Shown here: positions 1 through 41,132 of the stretch, in pieces
Layout of the letters: each line of letters begins with the position of its first letter
How positions within the stretch are numbered: the stretch's first letter is position 1
Assembly: GCF_009914755.1 (NCBI RefSeq)
Contig: NC_060931.1
Length of the DNA stretch: 64,000 bases
DNA from: the human T2T-CHM13v2.0 reference genome, Homo sapiens
Reading direction: 5' to 3' (one strand)
Position numbers and translations under genes: made by a program
Notes under the pieces: generated by a model
Seen by the model: the letters and a program-made list of their open reading frames with translations, nothing else
Told to the model about the DNA's origin: nothing
The model's database searches: none

Positions 1-13
1 CAGAAGACTGCTA

Positions 14-543
<530 letters not shown>

Positions 544-564
544 AAAATTAAGCCTACAAATATC

Positions 565-800
565 TCTAATCCTAGCCCTGGTTTTAGCCCTACCCTTATC
601 CCTAACCCTAAGACTAATCCTGCTCATAACCCTAAACCTAGCCTGAATCCTAGCCGTAGCCATCACTTAACCCTAACTTAACTCTAGTCCTATCCCTAAC
701 CCTACCCCTAAATCAAATCCTAATCCTAAAAACAGCCCTAGCTTCAATCCTAACTCTACCATAAGCCCTACTCTAGCCCTAAACCTAATGCTAAATCTAA
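565..800 (-). repeat. Degenerate interstitial telomere-like (CCCTAA)n tract
   Basis: 6-bp periodicity of CCCTAA/CCCTAG/TCCTAA/CTCTAG variants over about 235 bp. Confidence 0.8.
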
Positions 801-1218
801 GTGAGGTTTGCAAAATGAACCCGGTGAAGCTGATACTAAACTTTCCTCTTTTATTCTGTTGCACTCAGGCCAAATGAGTCTTGAGGAGTTGGGAAAAAAA
901 TGGGGCAGGGAGGGAAATCTTAGCTTCCTACTGCAGAGGCGACTTTCAGCATAAATCATCGCCTTCCACAAGAAAGCCAACATGTTTCCAACAAGGAATC
1001 TAAATGGAATCTTTCCTGAGTTAAGAGTGCACAGGGCTGTTACCAGCACCCACTCTCACAACAGACACCGGAATCACAAATGTCAGGGCTGGAAGAGGCT
1101 GTCGGGCAGCCCTTGAGGGGATGAGAGACTGAGTACCATGAAGAGCTAGTGACTTGCCTGAGGTCCCTAAAGGAAATCAAATTCCATCCTGCACCTCCTC
1201 CAATAATACTGGCTTCCA

Positions 1219-3721
<2,503 letters not shown>

Positions 3722-3975
3722 TCACATAGTTTTGTTCTTTTCAGTAAAAGTAATTCATTAAATCTAAACCTAGCTGTGATGGTTTCTTGTTTCTTTGCAG
3801 GATGTATTTTGTTTTGCTTGTTAAACAAGTAACTCTACAAATCGGAAAATGTGCCTTGTCAGTATACCCCAGGTATGGAGTTTTCGTTGATCAAATATGG
3901 TCCCTGGAGGTCTGTTTAGGGACCAGGCAGGGTTTTTTTTCTAGCACTTTGTAGGAGCAAAGAACCAAGGCCAGG

Positions 3976-5701
<1,726 letters not shown>

Positions 5702-5757
5702 CTGGCTTGGACTAGGCTTTGGAGAAGGAGACCATGGGGAGAAAGGTCAGGGGATTC

Positions 5758-6733
<976 letters not shown>

Positions 6734-8077
6734 GTTGCTGGGAGGGCAAGGGCTTGTCCTTGATGCTGGTCTGGAGTAAGAGAGGGTGGGGATGGGAGTG
6801 AGACTCCCCCATGCAATACAGTTCAGTTCAATTCATAAAATGTTTATTGGGCACCCACTATGTGCCAAGCCCCATGCTAAGCTCTGACACTCATGGCAAA
6901 GTGCTTCCCCTCATGGCCTCACTCTGCCCATTCTACTTGCCTTCTGTGAAGGCCCCAGCCCTTCTCTTTCCCCTGTGGGCCCCTCTCTGGTCCTGGGGTC
7001 CTGGATTGGACCCTCACCAAGGTAATATCCCCCATTGACCTCTTCCTCTCTTAGCGGCAGAACTTGGTACAAAGTAGTTGCTCAGTAAAAGTTCTCAGGC
7101 TTGAATTAAATGGAATGCACTAGGATCTGGTAGATGTTCACCTAGGAGACCGAGGCTGGGGTAATGGAAGGAAAGCTATTACCACAATCTATGGGAAAAG
7201 TAATGAAACATGCTGTTATCTCAGTAGATAGGACGAGGCTTTTGATAAAATTCAGTAGTGATTCTCCCCAAGTCTAACTCTTATTTATTGTACAAACAAA
7301 TCATAGTGATAATAAGATAAACAAAGACTGCCTGCAATTCTACCTCCCAAATGCAGAAGCTGTCTTCATTTTATTCTATCTTTCTTTCCTGTTCTCATTC
7401 ATGGCATAATTTTTACATAATTATATCATTTTGTTGTCTGCCCGAAAGAATCAGGAGTGTGTTTTTTTTTTTTTTTGGATTGATCCATTATCTTCGTAAT
7501 TATAGCCCCTAGTGGCTATAGTTTTCCACAGCAGTGGTTGTATTATAAGTGACTTAAATTTTTCTTATTGTTGGCAGTATGGGCTCTTCCCATGTCTTCC
7601 TTTTGATGATCAAAATAATAAAATTGTCTTTTATAGTCAGTTACAACACAGTTGTGTAAATACCTTTTGTTCAATCTTTCCTAAAGCTTGCAAGGTGAAT
7701 GTACTTCACTATTACAGGCAATTACAGGGTGGAAATGAAGAAGCCATAAGGTGACAAGGGAAGGATCGGGAGACAACCGGAATTTGAGTCCATTCTTTTT
7801 TTGAAATGAAACTTTTTACTCTTGTCAGAGGCATTCAAACCAGAGTGACTCCATTTTGAATAGGGGCTGGGTGAAATAAGGCTGAGACCTGCTGGGCTGC
7901 ATTCCCAGGTTAGGTATTCTTAGTCACAGGATGAGATAAGAGGTCAGCACAAGATACAGGTCACAAGGACCTTGCTGATAAAACAGGATGTGGTAAAGCC
8001 AGCCAAAAGTCACCAAAACCAACATGGCAATGAGAGTGACCTCTGGTTGTCCTCACTGCTCATTATATGCTAATTAT

Positions 8078-9040
8078 TGATACAGGAGCTAGAAAGAAAT
8101 TATTTAGGCAGATAGTGAGGGTAAGAGAGTCTTCAGTAAGGTTACCTTTTAATAAAAAGCAGCCCCCAAATCATTTCTTTTCTAACAGAAAGCAGCCTGA
8201 AAAATCAAGCTGCAAACATAGATAAGCAAGCTAAAAGCTTGCATAGGTAAATGCTGACAGCTGTGCCAATAGAAAAGGGATACCTGGAAGCCAGGTATAT
8301 TCAACATGGAAGTTCCCTCTTCCCTTTTCTTTGTCGCCACGTGTGCAGTAAAAAAGCAGGCAACATGGAGACGGCCAGGTAGAGACTCCATTTGCATAAT
8401 AAAAGATTAGGGTGGGGTTGGGCGCGGTGGCTCACACCTGTAATGCCAGCACTTTGGGAGGCCAAGGCAGGCGGATCACCTGAGGTCAGGAGTTTGAGAC
8501 CAGCCTGGCCAACATGGTGAAACCCTCTCTCTACTAAAAATACAAAAATTAGCTGAGTGGTAGTGGCCCACGCCTGTAATCCTAGCTACTCAGGAGGCTG
8601 AGGCAAGAGAATCGCTTGAGCTTGGGAGGCAGAGGTTGTGGTTAGCTGAGATTGCGCCACTGCACTCCAGTCTGGGCGACAGAGTGAGACCCTGTCTCAA
8701 AAAAAAAAAAAAAAAAGAAACGAAGAGATTAGGGTGGGATGGCCAGCTTCTTTGCATGCTATGCAAATGGCACACCTGGTCCAGTTAATCTCTTGGGCCC
8801 TAGGTAAATCAGATACCACCTCCTCAAGCTTGTCTGTAAAAATCCCCTGCATTTCACCACGAGACTAGAAGACCAACTTAAGAGCCCCTCCCTCTCTGCA
8901 GCAGAAAGAGCTTTACTCTTTCTTTTGCCTACTAAACCTCCACTCTTAACCTCACTCCTTGTGTGTGTCTGCATCCTCAATTTCTCCAGGTGTGGGGCAA
9001 CAAACCTCTGGTATTACCCCAGACAAATAACGCTGCTTCA
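8078..9040 (+). mobile_element. MER50-like solo LTR nested in MER41B, TSD TTAT, containing AluS 8416-8718(+)
   Basis: Starts TGATACAGGAGCTAGAAAGAAATTATTTAGGCAG, ends GCTGCTTCA; TTAT at 8074-8077 and 9041-9044. Confidence 0.85.
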
Positions 9041-9159
9041 TTATAATGCATTAGCATGCTAAGAGACACTCCCGCCAGTGCCATGACGTTTTACAGAAGT
9101 CATCCTATATGGTCTAGAAAGGGGGAGGGGACTCTCAGTTCCAATAATTACCCCCCTCT

Positions 9160-9168
9160 TTCCTGGAA
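9160..9168. promoter_or_regulatory. GAS (STAT) motif TTCCTGGAA within MER41B
   Basis: Matches TTCNNNGAA at the usual MER41B position; partner site 9139-9147 is the degenerate TTCCAATAA. Confidence 0.55.
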
Positions 9169-9312
9169 AACTCATGAACAGTCCACCTCTTGTTTAGCAC
9201 ATAATCAAGAAGTAACTAGGTATTATCAATCAAGCATCCCAAGCTGCTGCTATGCGTATGGAGTAGCCATTATTTATTCATTTACTTTCTTAATAAACTT
9301 GCTTTCACATTA

Positions 9313-10759
<1,447 letters not shown>

Positions 10760-11940
10760 TACAATGGATAAATGATTTCTTATTGTACTTTTAATTTGCA
10801 TTTCTTTGATTACTGTGAGGTTGAACCATTTAAAAATAAGCATTGCCTTTTGTGTGAATTGTGTTTCTTCTTTTGAGGAACATTCCTCCTGCATTCTTTG
10901 GCTCCCCTCCCCGCCCCAGACATACATTAGACTTTCCAAAGACTTGGAAATTAACACTTCGTGGGTCATATTTACAGCAATTATTTACTCTGGTAATTTC
11001 CTTTTCATTTTAATTGTACTATTTTCAGGACTTTTATGTGTTTTCAAATGAAGATCTTCTCATCTGTGATTGCTTCAAAGCTTGGAAAATAATAATACCA
11101 TCAACGAAGTGAAAATTACCCAATTTTATTTTTTCCTTCTATTATATATTTGTATTAAGCTCTTTCATCAACATGGAAAAAAATGACAGTATTTATGATA
11201 GTCACACACACACACACGGAATGTGAGAGGGGGAGGGTATTTGTGAAAAGACCACAAATTAGATTGGGCAAAATGGCTCATACCTATAATCCTAGCACTT
11301 TGGGAGGACGAGGAAGGACGATTTCTGAAAGCCAGGAGTTTGAGACCAGCTTGGGCAACATAGTGAGACCTCATCTCTATAAAAAATACAAAAATTAGCT
11401 GGACATGGTGGTGTGTACTTGTAGTCCCAGCTACTTAGGAGGCTGTGGCAGGAGGATTGCTTGACCTGAGGAGTTCAAGGCTGCAGTGAGCTATGATTGC
11501 ACTGTGTCCAGAATTGGTGGGTTCTTGGTCTTACTGACTTCAGGAATGAAGCTGCACACCCTCGAGGTGAGTGTTACAGTTCTTAAAGATGGTGTGTCCG
11601 GAGTTTGTTCCTTCTGATGTTCAGACGTGGTCAGAGTTTTTTCCTTCTGGTGGGTTCGTGGTCTCACTGGCTTCAGGAGTGAAACTGCAGACCTTCGCCG
11701 TGAGTGTTACAGCTCTTAAGGCGGCGCGTCTGGAGTTGTTCATTCCTCTAGGTGGGTTCGTGGTCTCGCTGACCTCAGGAGTGAAGCTGCAGACCTTCTA
11801 GGTGAGTGTTACAGCTCATAAAGGCAGTGCACACCCAAAGAGCGAGCAGCAGCAAGATTTATTGCAACGAGTGAAAAAACAAAACTTCCACAGTGTGGAA
11901 GGGGACCCAAGCAGGTTGCTGCTGCTGGCTCCAGCCGCCT

Positions 11941-12164
11941 GCTTTTATTCTCTTATCTGGCCCTCCAAGTCCCCACTTAGATTAGCTAGACACAGAACAC
12001 TGGTGCATTTACAAACCTTGAGCTAGACACAGAGTGCTGATTGGTGTTATTTACAATCCTTTAGCTAGATATAAAGGTTCTCCAAGTCCCCACCAGATTA
12101 GCCAGATACAGAGTGCTGATTGGTGCATCCACAAACTCCGAGCTAGACACAGAGCACTGATTGG
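11941..12164 (-). promoter_or_regulatory. LTR12 promoter elements: CCAAT (NF-Y) boxes at 12040, 12119, 12160; GATA site and AATAAAA TATA-like box at 11941-11963
   Basis: CTGATTGG three times on plus; GGGCCAGATAAGAGAATAAAAGC on minus. Confidence 0.7.
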
Positions 12165-12249
12165 TGCATTTACAATCCTTTAGCTAGACATAAAGGTTCT
12201 CCAAGTCCCCACCTGACTCAGGAGCCCAGCTGGCTTCCCCTAGTGGATC

Positions 12250-13363
<1,114 letters not shown>

Positions 13364-13476
13364 TTAGGGGCAGATGGAGCTGATGGGTTCATGAAAGTTG
13401 TGTTATTCTAAAAACTGTCACTGGTGGACAAATCTAGCAGTTGCCAGGGGGACCTAATTTTACATAACTTTATTCT

Positions 13477-13783
13477 GTTTTCCCCCAATTTTTTTATTGT
13501 GATAAAATACACATAACATAAAATTTACTATCTTAACCATTTTAAATGTACACCTCAGTAGTATTAAATGCATGCATAATTTTGTGCAAACATCCCCACC
13601 ATCTGTCTCCAGAATGCTTTCCATCTTGTAAAAAAATTGAAACCCTGTCCCTATTAAACACTTAACTCCTCGTTCCTCCCTTCCCTCAATCTCTGGCAAC
13701 CACCCTTCTGCTTTCTGTCTGTATGAATTTGACTCCTCTAACTACCTCATCTGAGTGGAATTATGCAGTGTTTGTCTTTTTGT
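13477..13783 (-). mobile_element. L1MB-type 3' end fragment with apparent 13-bp TSD ATAACTTTATTCT
   Basis: TTTTTATTGTGATAAAATACACATAACATAAAATTTAC signature; repeat at 13464-13476 and 13784-13796. Confidence 0.8.
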
Positions 13784-13903
13784 ATAACTTTATTCTTTCA
13801 ACAAAGAATAATAGATGATAATACATAGCTCTGTAGGTTTTATTATTATAACTTAAGAGGTTTTTCTCCATAGAAATAAATATACACATTTAAAAATGAG
13901 ACT

Positions 13904-14970
<1,067 letters not shown>

Positions 14971-15350
14971 AAAAGAGACTGTTTGAGAGAGCAGCATTCA
15001 AACAGGGAGAACGTAGGAGGAACGCCTTCTGGGCGGATTGGGATCTCTATCTTTATGTTTTTGTTTGCTGTCACATCCTGGGAAAGTGACTGGTGTGTGT
15101 TCTCCAACTTTGAGACTGTTTAGATGTGGCTGGGATGAGCCACGCTTGGTAAGGTGTGATGGGATGTGGGGGTCAACCTTCTGAGGGATCTGGAGTCTAA
15201 TACAGCCATGGGAGACTTATCCACTTGTTCAAGGTCGGCGATTCTTCTCATTGACACAGGAGACAGGCAGGGGCTGCCCTCAGCATTTCATTTATTCCAA
15301 ACACATCACAAAGAATCATTCACTCTTCCCTGTAACTTTGAGAGAAGGGT

Positions 15351-16182
<832 letters not shown>

Positions 16183-17262
16183 TGGGGGCAATCAGGCTCA
16201 CCAATGAGGCCACCCAGCTAGAGCAGCAGAGCCTGGATTTAAATCTGGGCATGTGGGCTCTGGGGTCAGGGCTCGTCATTTCTAGGCTTTGCTGGCTATC
16301 CCATTTTTAGAGGCAATTAACATGTTTATTAATCACTCAGTCATCAACCACTAAAACAGCTTTTTCTATGCGCCAGGCCCCATGGCACCAACCATGGGAG
16401 ACATAGAAATGACACCGGGGCATTAAACCTGGTGTCTTTTAAGACTCCCAGCAAAGGTGGCTGCTATTGCATAGCCCTTACCAGGTAAGTTTTTGTGAAG
16501 CCCCTCCAACCCCCAGGGCATTAGCATCAAGAACTCTTCTTGCTATGTGGCAAGGCAAGCCGTCTGGGCGTTCTGTGGACTGAGGATGATAATTAACCTA
16601 CATGGAAAACACCAACCCCTGGTAATTCCTGGGTGAGCTCTGGCTGCAGAACCTGGGGCCCTGAGGTTTCTTCCCTTTTCCTGGGTGGGTGGGAGCCTTG
16701 GGAAGGGTCCCGTTATCTTCCTGGCCTGTGTCCTGTTCTTCTCTTCCTCCCTCACTTTTTCTACCCTGCCCTCCCAGATTTGCTGTCGGGGTCTTTGTGT
16801 TACTCCAAGGGCCTCTCTGTCCAGGTGCCCTCCCCTTTCCACTCCTTGTCCTTGCCCATCATTCCTGGATGACACCTTGTTAGAAGTGCTGTCTTATCTT
16901 ACCAGTAAGGAAACTGGGAATCAGAGAGGTTGAGCAACTCACATAGGGTTACCTAAGAAGCTGGAGGCACAACTGGGCTGGGAATGCACCCAGAATTGAA
17001 GCCGATCATGGGCAAGAGGAGGCCACACTCCCACTGAGAGAGGGGAAGGGCTGGCAAGGAGCAGGGAAGGGTGAGAACAGCTGGGGCTTCTCCACCATTT
17101 GGCTCTGCCAGCCTGGGCAGTGCCACTCAGTGTCAGATCTGCAAGCCCCTTGGAGGGCAACCAATCCTGAGGGTGGAAACTGTGGTCCCAGGCCAGACCC
17201 TGTTCAGTCTCTTTATTAAAAAAATTAGAAGTAATTTCAAACATATTGCTACAATAGTATAA

Positions 17263-22365
<5,103 letters not shown>

Positions 22366-22411
22366 CAGAAAAGTGTTCTTGTTCTTGAAAAAGGAAATCA
22401 CTATATTTGTT

Positions 22412-23425
22412 GTGTAGTAGGTGGAATAACGTGCTCCCAAAGATGTCTTCATTCTCATCCCTAGAACTTGTGGACAGGGTAGCCTATATGGCAGAAGGCA
22501 TTTTGCAGTTGTGATTATGTTCAGGATCTGGGGATGGAGATATTGTCTTGGATTATCCACATGGGTCCAGTGTAGTCATGAAAGTTCTTATACAGGAAAG
22601 AAGGAGGCAGGAGAATTAGAGAGAGAGGGATGTGAGGATGGATGAAAGTGTAGGGGGACACAAAGAGAAAGAGAGAAAGGAGAAGGAGAGAGACAGGGAG
22701 AGACAGAAATAGGGAGAGGAGAGGGAGAGAAAAAGAGACAGAGAGACAGAGAGAGTAGAGGAAGAGAGACAGAGAGAGAGAGAGAGACAGAAATAGAGAA
22801 GAGGGAAAGAAAAAGTAGAGGGAGAGAGAGAGAGACAGAGAGAGAGAGAAATAGAGGAGAGGGAAAGAAAAAGAGACAGAGAGACAGAGAAATAGAGGAG
22901 AGGGAGAGAAAGAGAGAGACAGAGGGAGAGAGTAGAGGGAGAGAGACAGAGAGACAGAGAGAGATGGAGAGAAACACATACACACACATACACACGCAGA
23001 GAGATTGTGAAGATGTTATGCTGTAGGCTTTGAAGTTAGAGGAAGGGTCCACCAGCCAAGGAATGCAGGAAGCCTCTAAAAGTTGTTGGAGACAAAGAAA
23101 CAGATTTCCCTGCAAAGCCTCCAGAAGGAACACAGCTGTTCAAGACCAGGAATTCAAGACCTGCCTGGACAACATAGCGAGACCCCTGTCTCTACAAAAA
23201 AAATGTAAAAAAATTAGCTGGGCGTGGTGGTGCGTACCTGTAGTCCCAGTTACTTGGGAGGGTGAGGTGGGAGGATCGCTTGAGCCCAGGAGTTCTATGT
23301 TGCAAGCTCTCAACATCTTGATTTCAAGACTTCTGACCCCCAGAACAGTTAGAGAATGGATTTGTGTTGTTTTAAGCCACTGAGTTGGTGGCTATTTGTT
23401 ACAGCAGCCATAGGAAGCTGATACC
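22412..23425 (+). mobile_element. MLT1D-type MaLR LTR with internal GA-rich expansion and Alu fragment (about 23140-23305)
   Basis: CCCAAAGATGTC, GCCAAGGAATGCAG and GTTTTAAGCCACTGAGTT MaLR motifs. Confidence 0.8.
22620..22972. repeat. GA-rich polypurine tract with internal higher-order units
   Basis: Recurrent GAAATAGAGGAGAGGGA and GAGACAGAGA units. Confidence 0.95.
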
Positions 23426-23659
23426 TCCTAATACTTCTCATTTCCTCGTTTTTCCCCATTCCCTCATCTCATGATCTCCCTTTCTGGTGATCTCAGGTGA
23501 AATGCAGCTTTCTCAAGGAAGCCTCCCCTCTGTTGCCTGACTAGAGATGCCCTTTTAGCTCCCAGAATGGTTTCAAAGAGCAACAGCGCAATTGTAGAAT
23601 CATGTCAACATCTGTGTCATGCCTGGTTGGTGCTTATTTCCCTGGTTCCAATACCAGTT

Positions 23660-27195
<3,536 letters not shown>

Positions 27196-27773
27196 AGCTT
27201 CAGGCCTTTGTACCGGGGCCAGGGCAGGACAGGGAAGCAAGTCCTGAAAAGTTCAGGGATATAAAGGACCACAAAGGGCAAACTTCATGAGCATCACCGT
27301 TTTGCTGGATTAGCAGTAACACAGGGTCATGGAGCAACAGAGATAGAAGGGAGCTGAGTCCCATCGTCCCATTTCACAGATGGAAACTGAGGCCCAGAGA
27401 TGGAGGTGCAGTGCCTGGGCCAGGGCTCTTCGCTCTTGGAGAGGATGTTTATTCTTTGCTCCTATGGGGCTGTCAGTTCTGTGGCTTGAATATACAGAGA
27501 AGAAGGGGAAAGATGAGGAGGGAACCTAGGGTCTCTCAGACTGAAAGAAGCTTCTGGAAGACCCCAGAGGTGTGGGGATCCTGGGTGCGGGGAGACAGCA
27601 GCCTGCCAAACTGGTAGACAGTGGACAATGGTCCTCTGAGACTCAGTTTCACATCTGTAAAAAGAGCCAGTTGGTCTGAGAAAATAGCTGAAAAATAGCT
27701 GAGGACTTTCCTAGGTCTGACTCCTTCTCTCTCTACCCCTCTAATTCAGTGTCACAGTCCACACTTGGGGTAA

Positions 27774-27899
27774 AGGAACCCCACTTTTCTGCAGATCTGG
27801 GTGCTGCTCACATCTGCACGCCAGCTGGAAGGGATTTGAGTGTATCTGGAACTCTCTTGCTACCAGCATTGTTTATTTCTGACCTATTTCTGGCTAAAA
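27774..27899 (+). repeat. Copy B of a ~123-bp local direct duplication
   Basis: Aligns to 26703-26825. Confidence 0.95.
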
Positions 27900-28101
27900 A
27901 AATCCATGTACTAGAGAGATTGGTTTCTAATACCGTGTAGACATGACCTTTGTGTATTTTCCCTACATATCTTCCAGGGTTCAGCCTGATTTCCATACAG
28001 CCTGAGCTCTTCACCATGAATGTGGGCAGGCCAGTTAGTAATTTGTGCTTTACAGAGCCTTTGTGGATAGATGGTTCAGCTGCTTGGAGAGTCAGGGGCA
28101 A

Positions 28102-29005
28102 GTGTGTGTGGATTGCATGTGTGTATGTGTGTGTATATGTACGTATGTGTGGATGTGTGCACATGGCGTGTGCATGCATGTGTGCATGATGTATGTATAT
28201 GTATGTGCACATGTGTATGTATGGTACATGGTCTGTGCATTGTCTGTGTGCATGATATATGTATGTGCACGTGTACATGTAGTGCATGCTGTGTGAATGT
28301 GCATGTGTGTGCATGTGTACATGTGGCACATGGTGTGTGCATGTGTGTGCCTGCATACATGTGTTTATCTTTGTACATATGTACATGTGGTATATGGTAT
28401 GTGCATGTGTGTATGCATGCATGCATGATGTATGTTTGTACATATGTACATGTTCACGGTGTATGCATGCATGTGAATGCATGTATGTGTGATATGTTTG
28501 TACATGCGTACATGTACATGGTATGTGCATGTGTGTGCATGCATGTATGCATGATGCGTGTTTGTACATATGTACATGTGTATATTGTTTGCATTTGTAT
28601 GCATGCATGTGTGATTTATGTTTATACCTGTGTACATGTGGTACATGGTGTATGCATGCATATATGCATGTATGCATGATGTTTGTACATGAGTACATGT
28701 GGCACATGGTGTGCCCATGTGTGCACACACATGTATGCATGATGTATGTTTGTACATATGTACATGTGATGCATGGTGTGTGCATGTGTGTGCATGCATA
28801 TATGCATGATTTATGTTTGTACATGTGTACATGTGGTCCATAGTCCGCACATGTGCATGTGTACATAAGTACATGTGCATGGTGTGTGCATGCTGTGTGT
28901 GCATGCATGTGTGCATGGTGTATGTATGTGCATGTGTACATGTGGCACAAGGTGTGTGTGTGTGTGTATGCTGTGCATATGTGTGTACATGCATGGGCAC
29001 ATATG
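28102..29005. repeat. Purine/pyrimidine-alternating (TG/CA/TA) degenerate minisatellite, 60-67 bp higher-order period
   Basis: TTTGTACAT-like anchor at 28370, 28435, 28497, 28561, 28621, 28682, 28749, 28816. Confidence 0.93.
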
Positions 29006-29988
29006 ATTTGAGATGGAGGTGGGCCGGGCCTCCTGAGAGAGCGTGGAGAACTCAGGGCACCTGCAGACTCAGTCTAAGCTCTCCAGGACCATCTCAGGCA
29101 GATTCTGTTCCTTGCATCCAGTCCCTAGGTGGCTTCAGTTTGGATGGGAGGCCATTTTCCATTTTTTCTGTCCAAGAAATGGAGCTTGGCCCTTGAAATC
29201 AGACCCTTGAAAGGCATTTTGCATTTTCTTAGGGGTATAGAAGCATTAGTTTGTCTGGGATGAGTGGCACGTGATCATCTTGTTCCCAGCATTGCGAATT
29301 AAGAAGTGCAGAAGTCCTGGGTGCCAGCCCAGTAGTTCCTGCCCCTTTCTGGTGCCTGCTCTGTTATGTTTGAGGTCCTGGCTGGCATGGCACATGGAAG
29401 GTAGGGGGCCAGAAGTGCAAAGGTTACTGAGACAAGGACTCCTTGAGGCAGCTAGAGTCATTTCACATCAAGCCAGACAGGAGACCTTTGCTTGTCAGAG
29501 GCAGGACCGTAATGTGCCTCTCGGATAATGCAAACATGATTGTATGGAAATCAGGACACAGCTAAATTAGTTTTCTGCAGACACGATTTGCAATATACTT
29601 GTGATAGTAAAGGTTAATACTCTCACTCACGGTGGTTTATTTTGCAGCATCTGAATCTCACAAATGTACTTTCATCTATGGCTAATGTGACATTGGCTAG
29701 CGCAAACTTTCATTGGTTACTACTTTTCTTCCCAACTACCTGCTCTGAATACTTGGGAAACAGTTTCTTCGAAGTTAGCTCAATAAACAATGGAGGAAAA
29801 AGACAGGAGCTGAAGAACTGCTGTTTACATTTCTGTGTTTCTGGAGGGTTGGGGACTGGCAGTCAGCTTGGTGCTGGGGGGCCCTACTTGGAGTTGCCTG
29901 TCTATAAGGAAGCCAGGACCTGTCATGTATGTTACTTAAATTCCATAGCCTCGCTATGCTATAGTTTCTTGATCTGTAAAATTATTTC

Positions 29989-34332
<4,344 letters not shown>

Positions 34333-34539
34333 TGAGAGAGGAGCAGGTGCAAAGTCCCTTCGGTGGGAACATGTTTGGTCTACTTGAGGAACAGTAAGTG
34401 AATAGGCCGCAGCATCTGGGGCACAGTGACATACCTCATTTACGGATGAAGGAGTGGAGAGATTAAATAGCTGAGATCCTCAGTCCCAGAGAAAGTGCTA
34501 GAGCTAGAATTCAATCACAGAAAAAGAAAAAGGAGGTGA

Positions 34540-35788
<1,249 letters not shown>

Positions 35789-35912
35789 TTAGAGGTCAGC
35801 CTCATGGCCAGGGCTCTAGCTGGCTCGCACTGGGAAACCCACAGGAAGCAGAAAGCGAATCCTTCCTTGGCAACCCTCAGGCAAACAAGTGCCCATTGAT
35901 CACACAGTTGCC

Positions 35913-39794
<3,882 letters not shown>

Positions 39795-40077
39795 TTGGAT
39801 TTCTTTTCCTCCATGAAAATGATGTTTCCACTGAGATAAGAAATTTAAAGGGGAGACTGACACTGGTGGGATCAGGCAGTGTAGACACTTCATTTTAGCT
39901 CAATAATTCCAGCCAAAATTGTTCTGTTCCATTTAGTGCTGGGAAATGGGTCTTAGTTTTTCTTGCTCCAAATACTTTACACAGTATCAGAAGCAATATG
40001 TGGGGTCTTGGGAATGAGGCATTTTCTGATGATGCTGGGTGATCCTGTGGGTGGAGGGATGCTAGGAAGAGAGAAAT

Positions 40078-40878
<801 letters not shown>

Positions 40879-41132
40879 AAATCACCATGTCCTTCCCAGG
40901 GGTTCCCCAGGGAGGAAAAGCCCTGAGGACAAAGGAAGTCTGCATAGGAAAGTGGAAGGTACTTGAACCTCTGTAATTAGGTTTGAATGTCGATCTGTTG
41001 GTTGTTTGTTTCATACACTACAAACTATGGAATAATTTTGGATGGTGGTGGTGGCAATGGTGGAAATGGGTATATAGACCTCCTAGTGGGGGGCCAGACA
41101 ATTTGAACCAATGGATTTAACAGGAGAAAATA

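Noticed and set aside
27808-28950. 380-aa His/Met/Cys/Thr-rich ORF
   Set aside because: Artefact of the RY-alternating repeat, which is nearly stop-free in several frames on both strands
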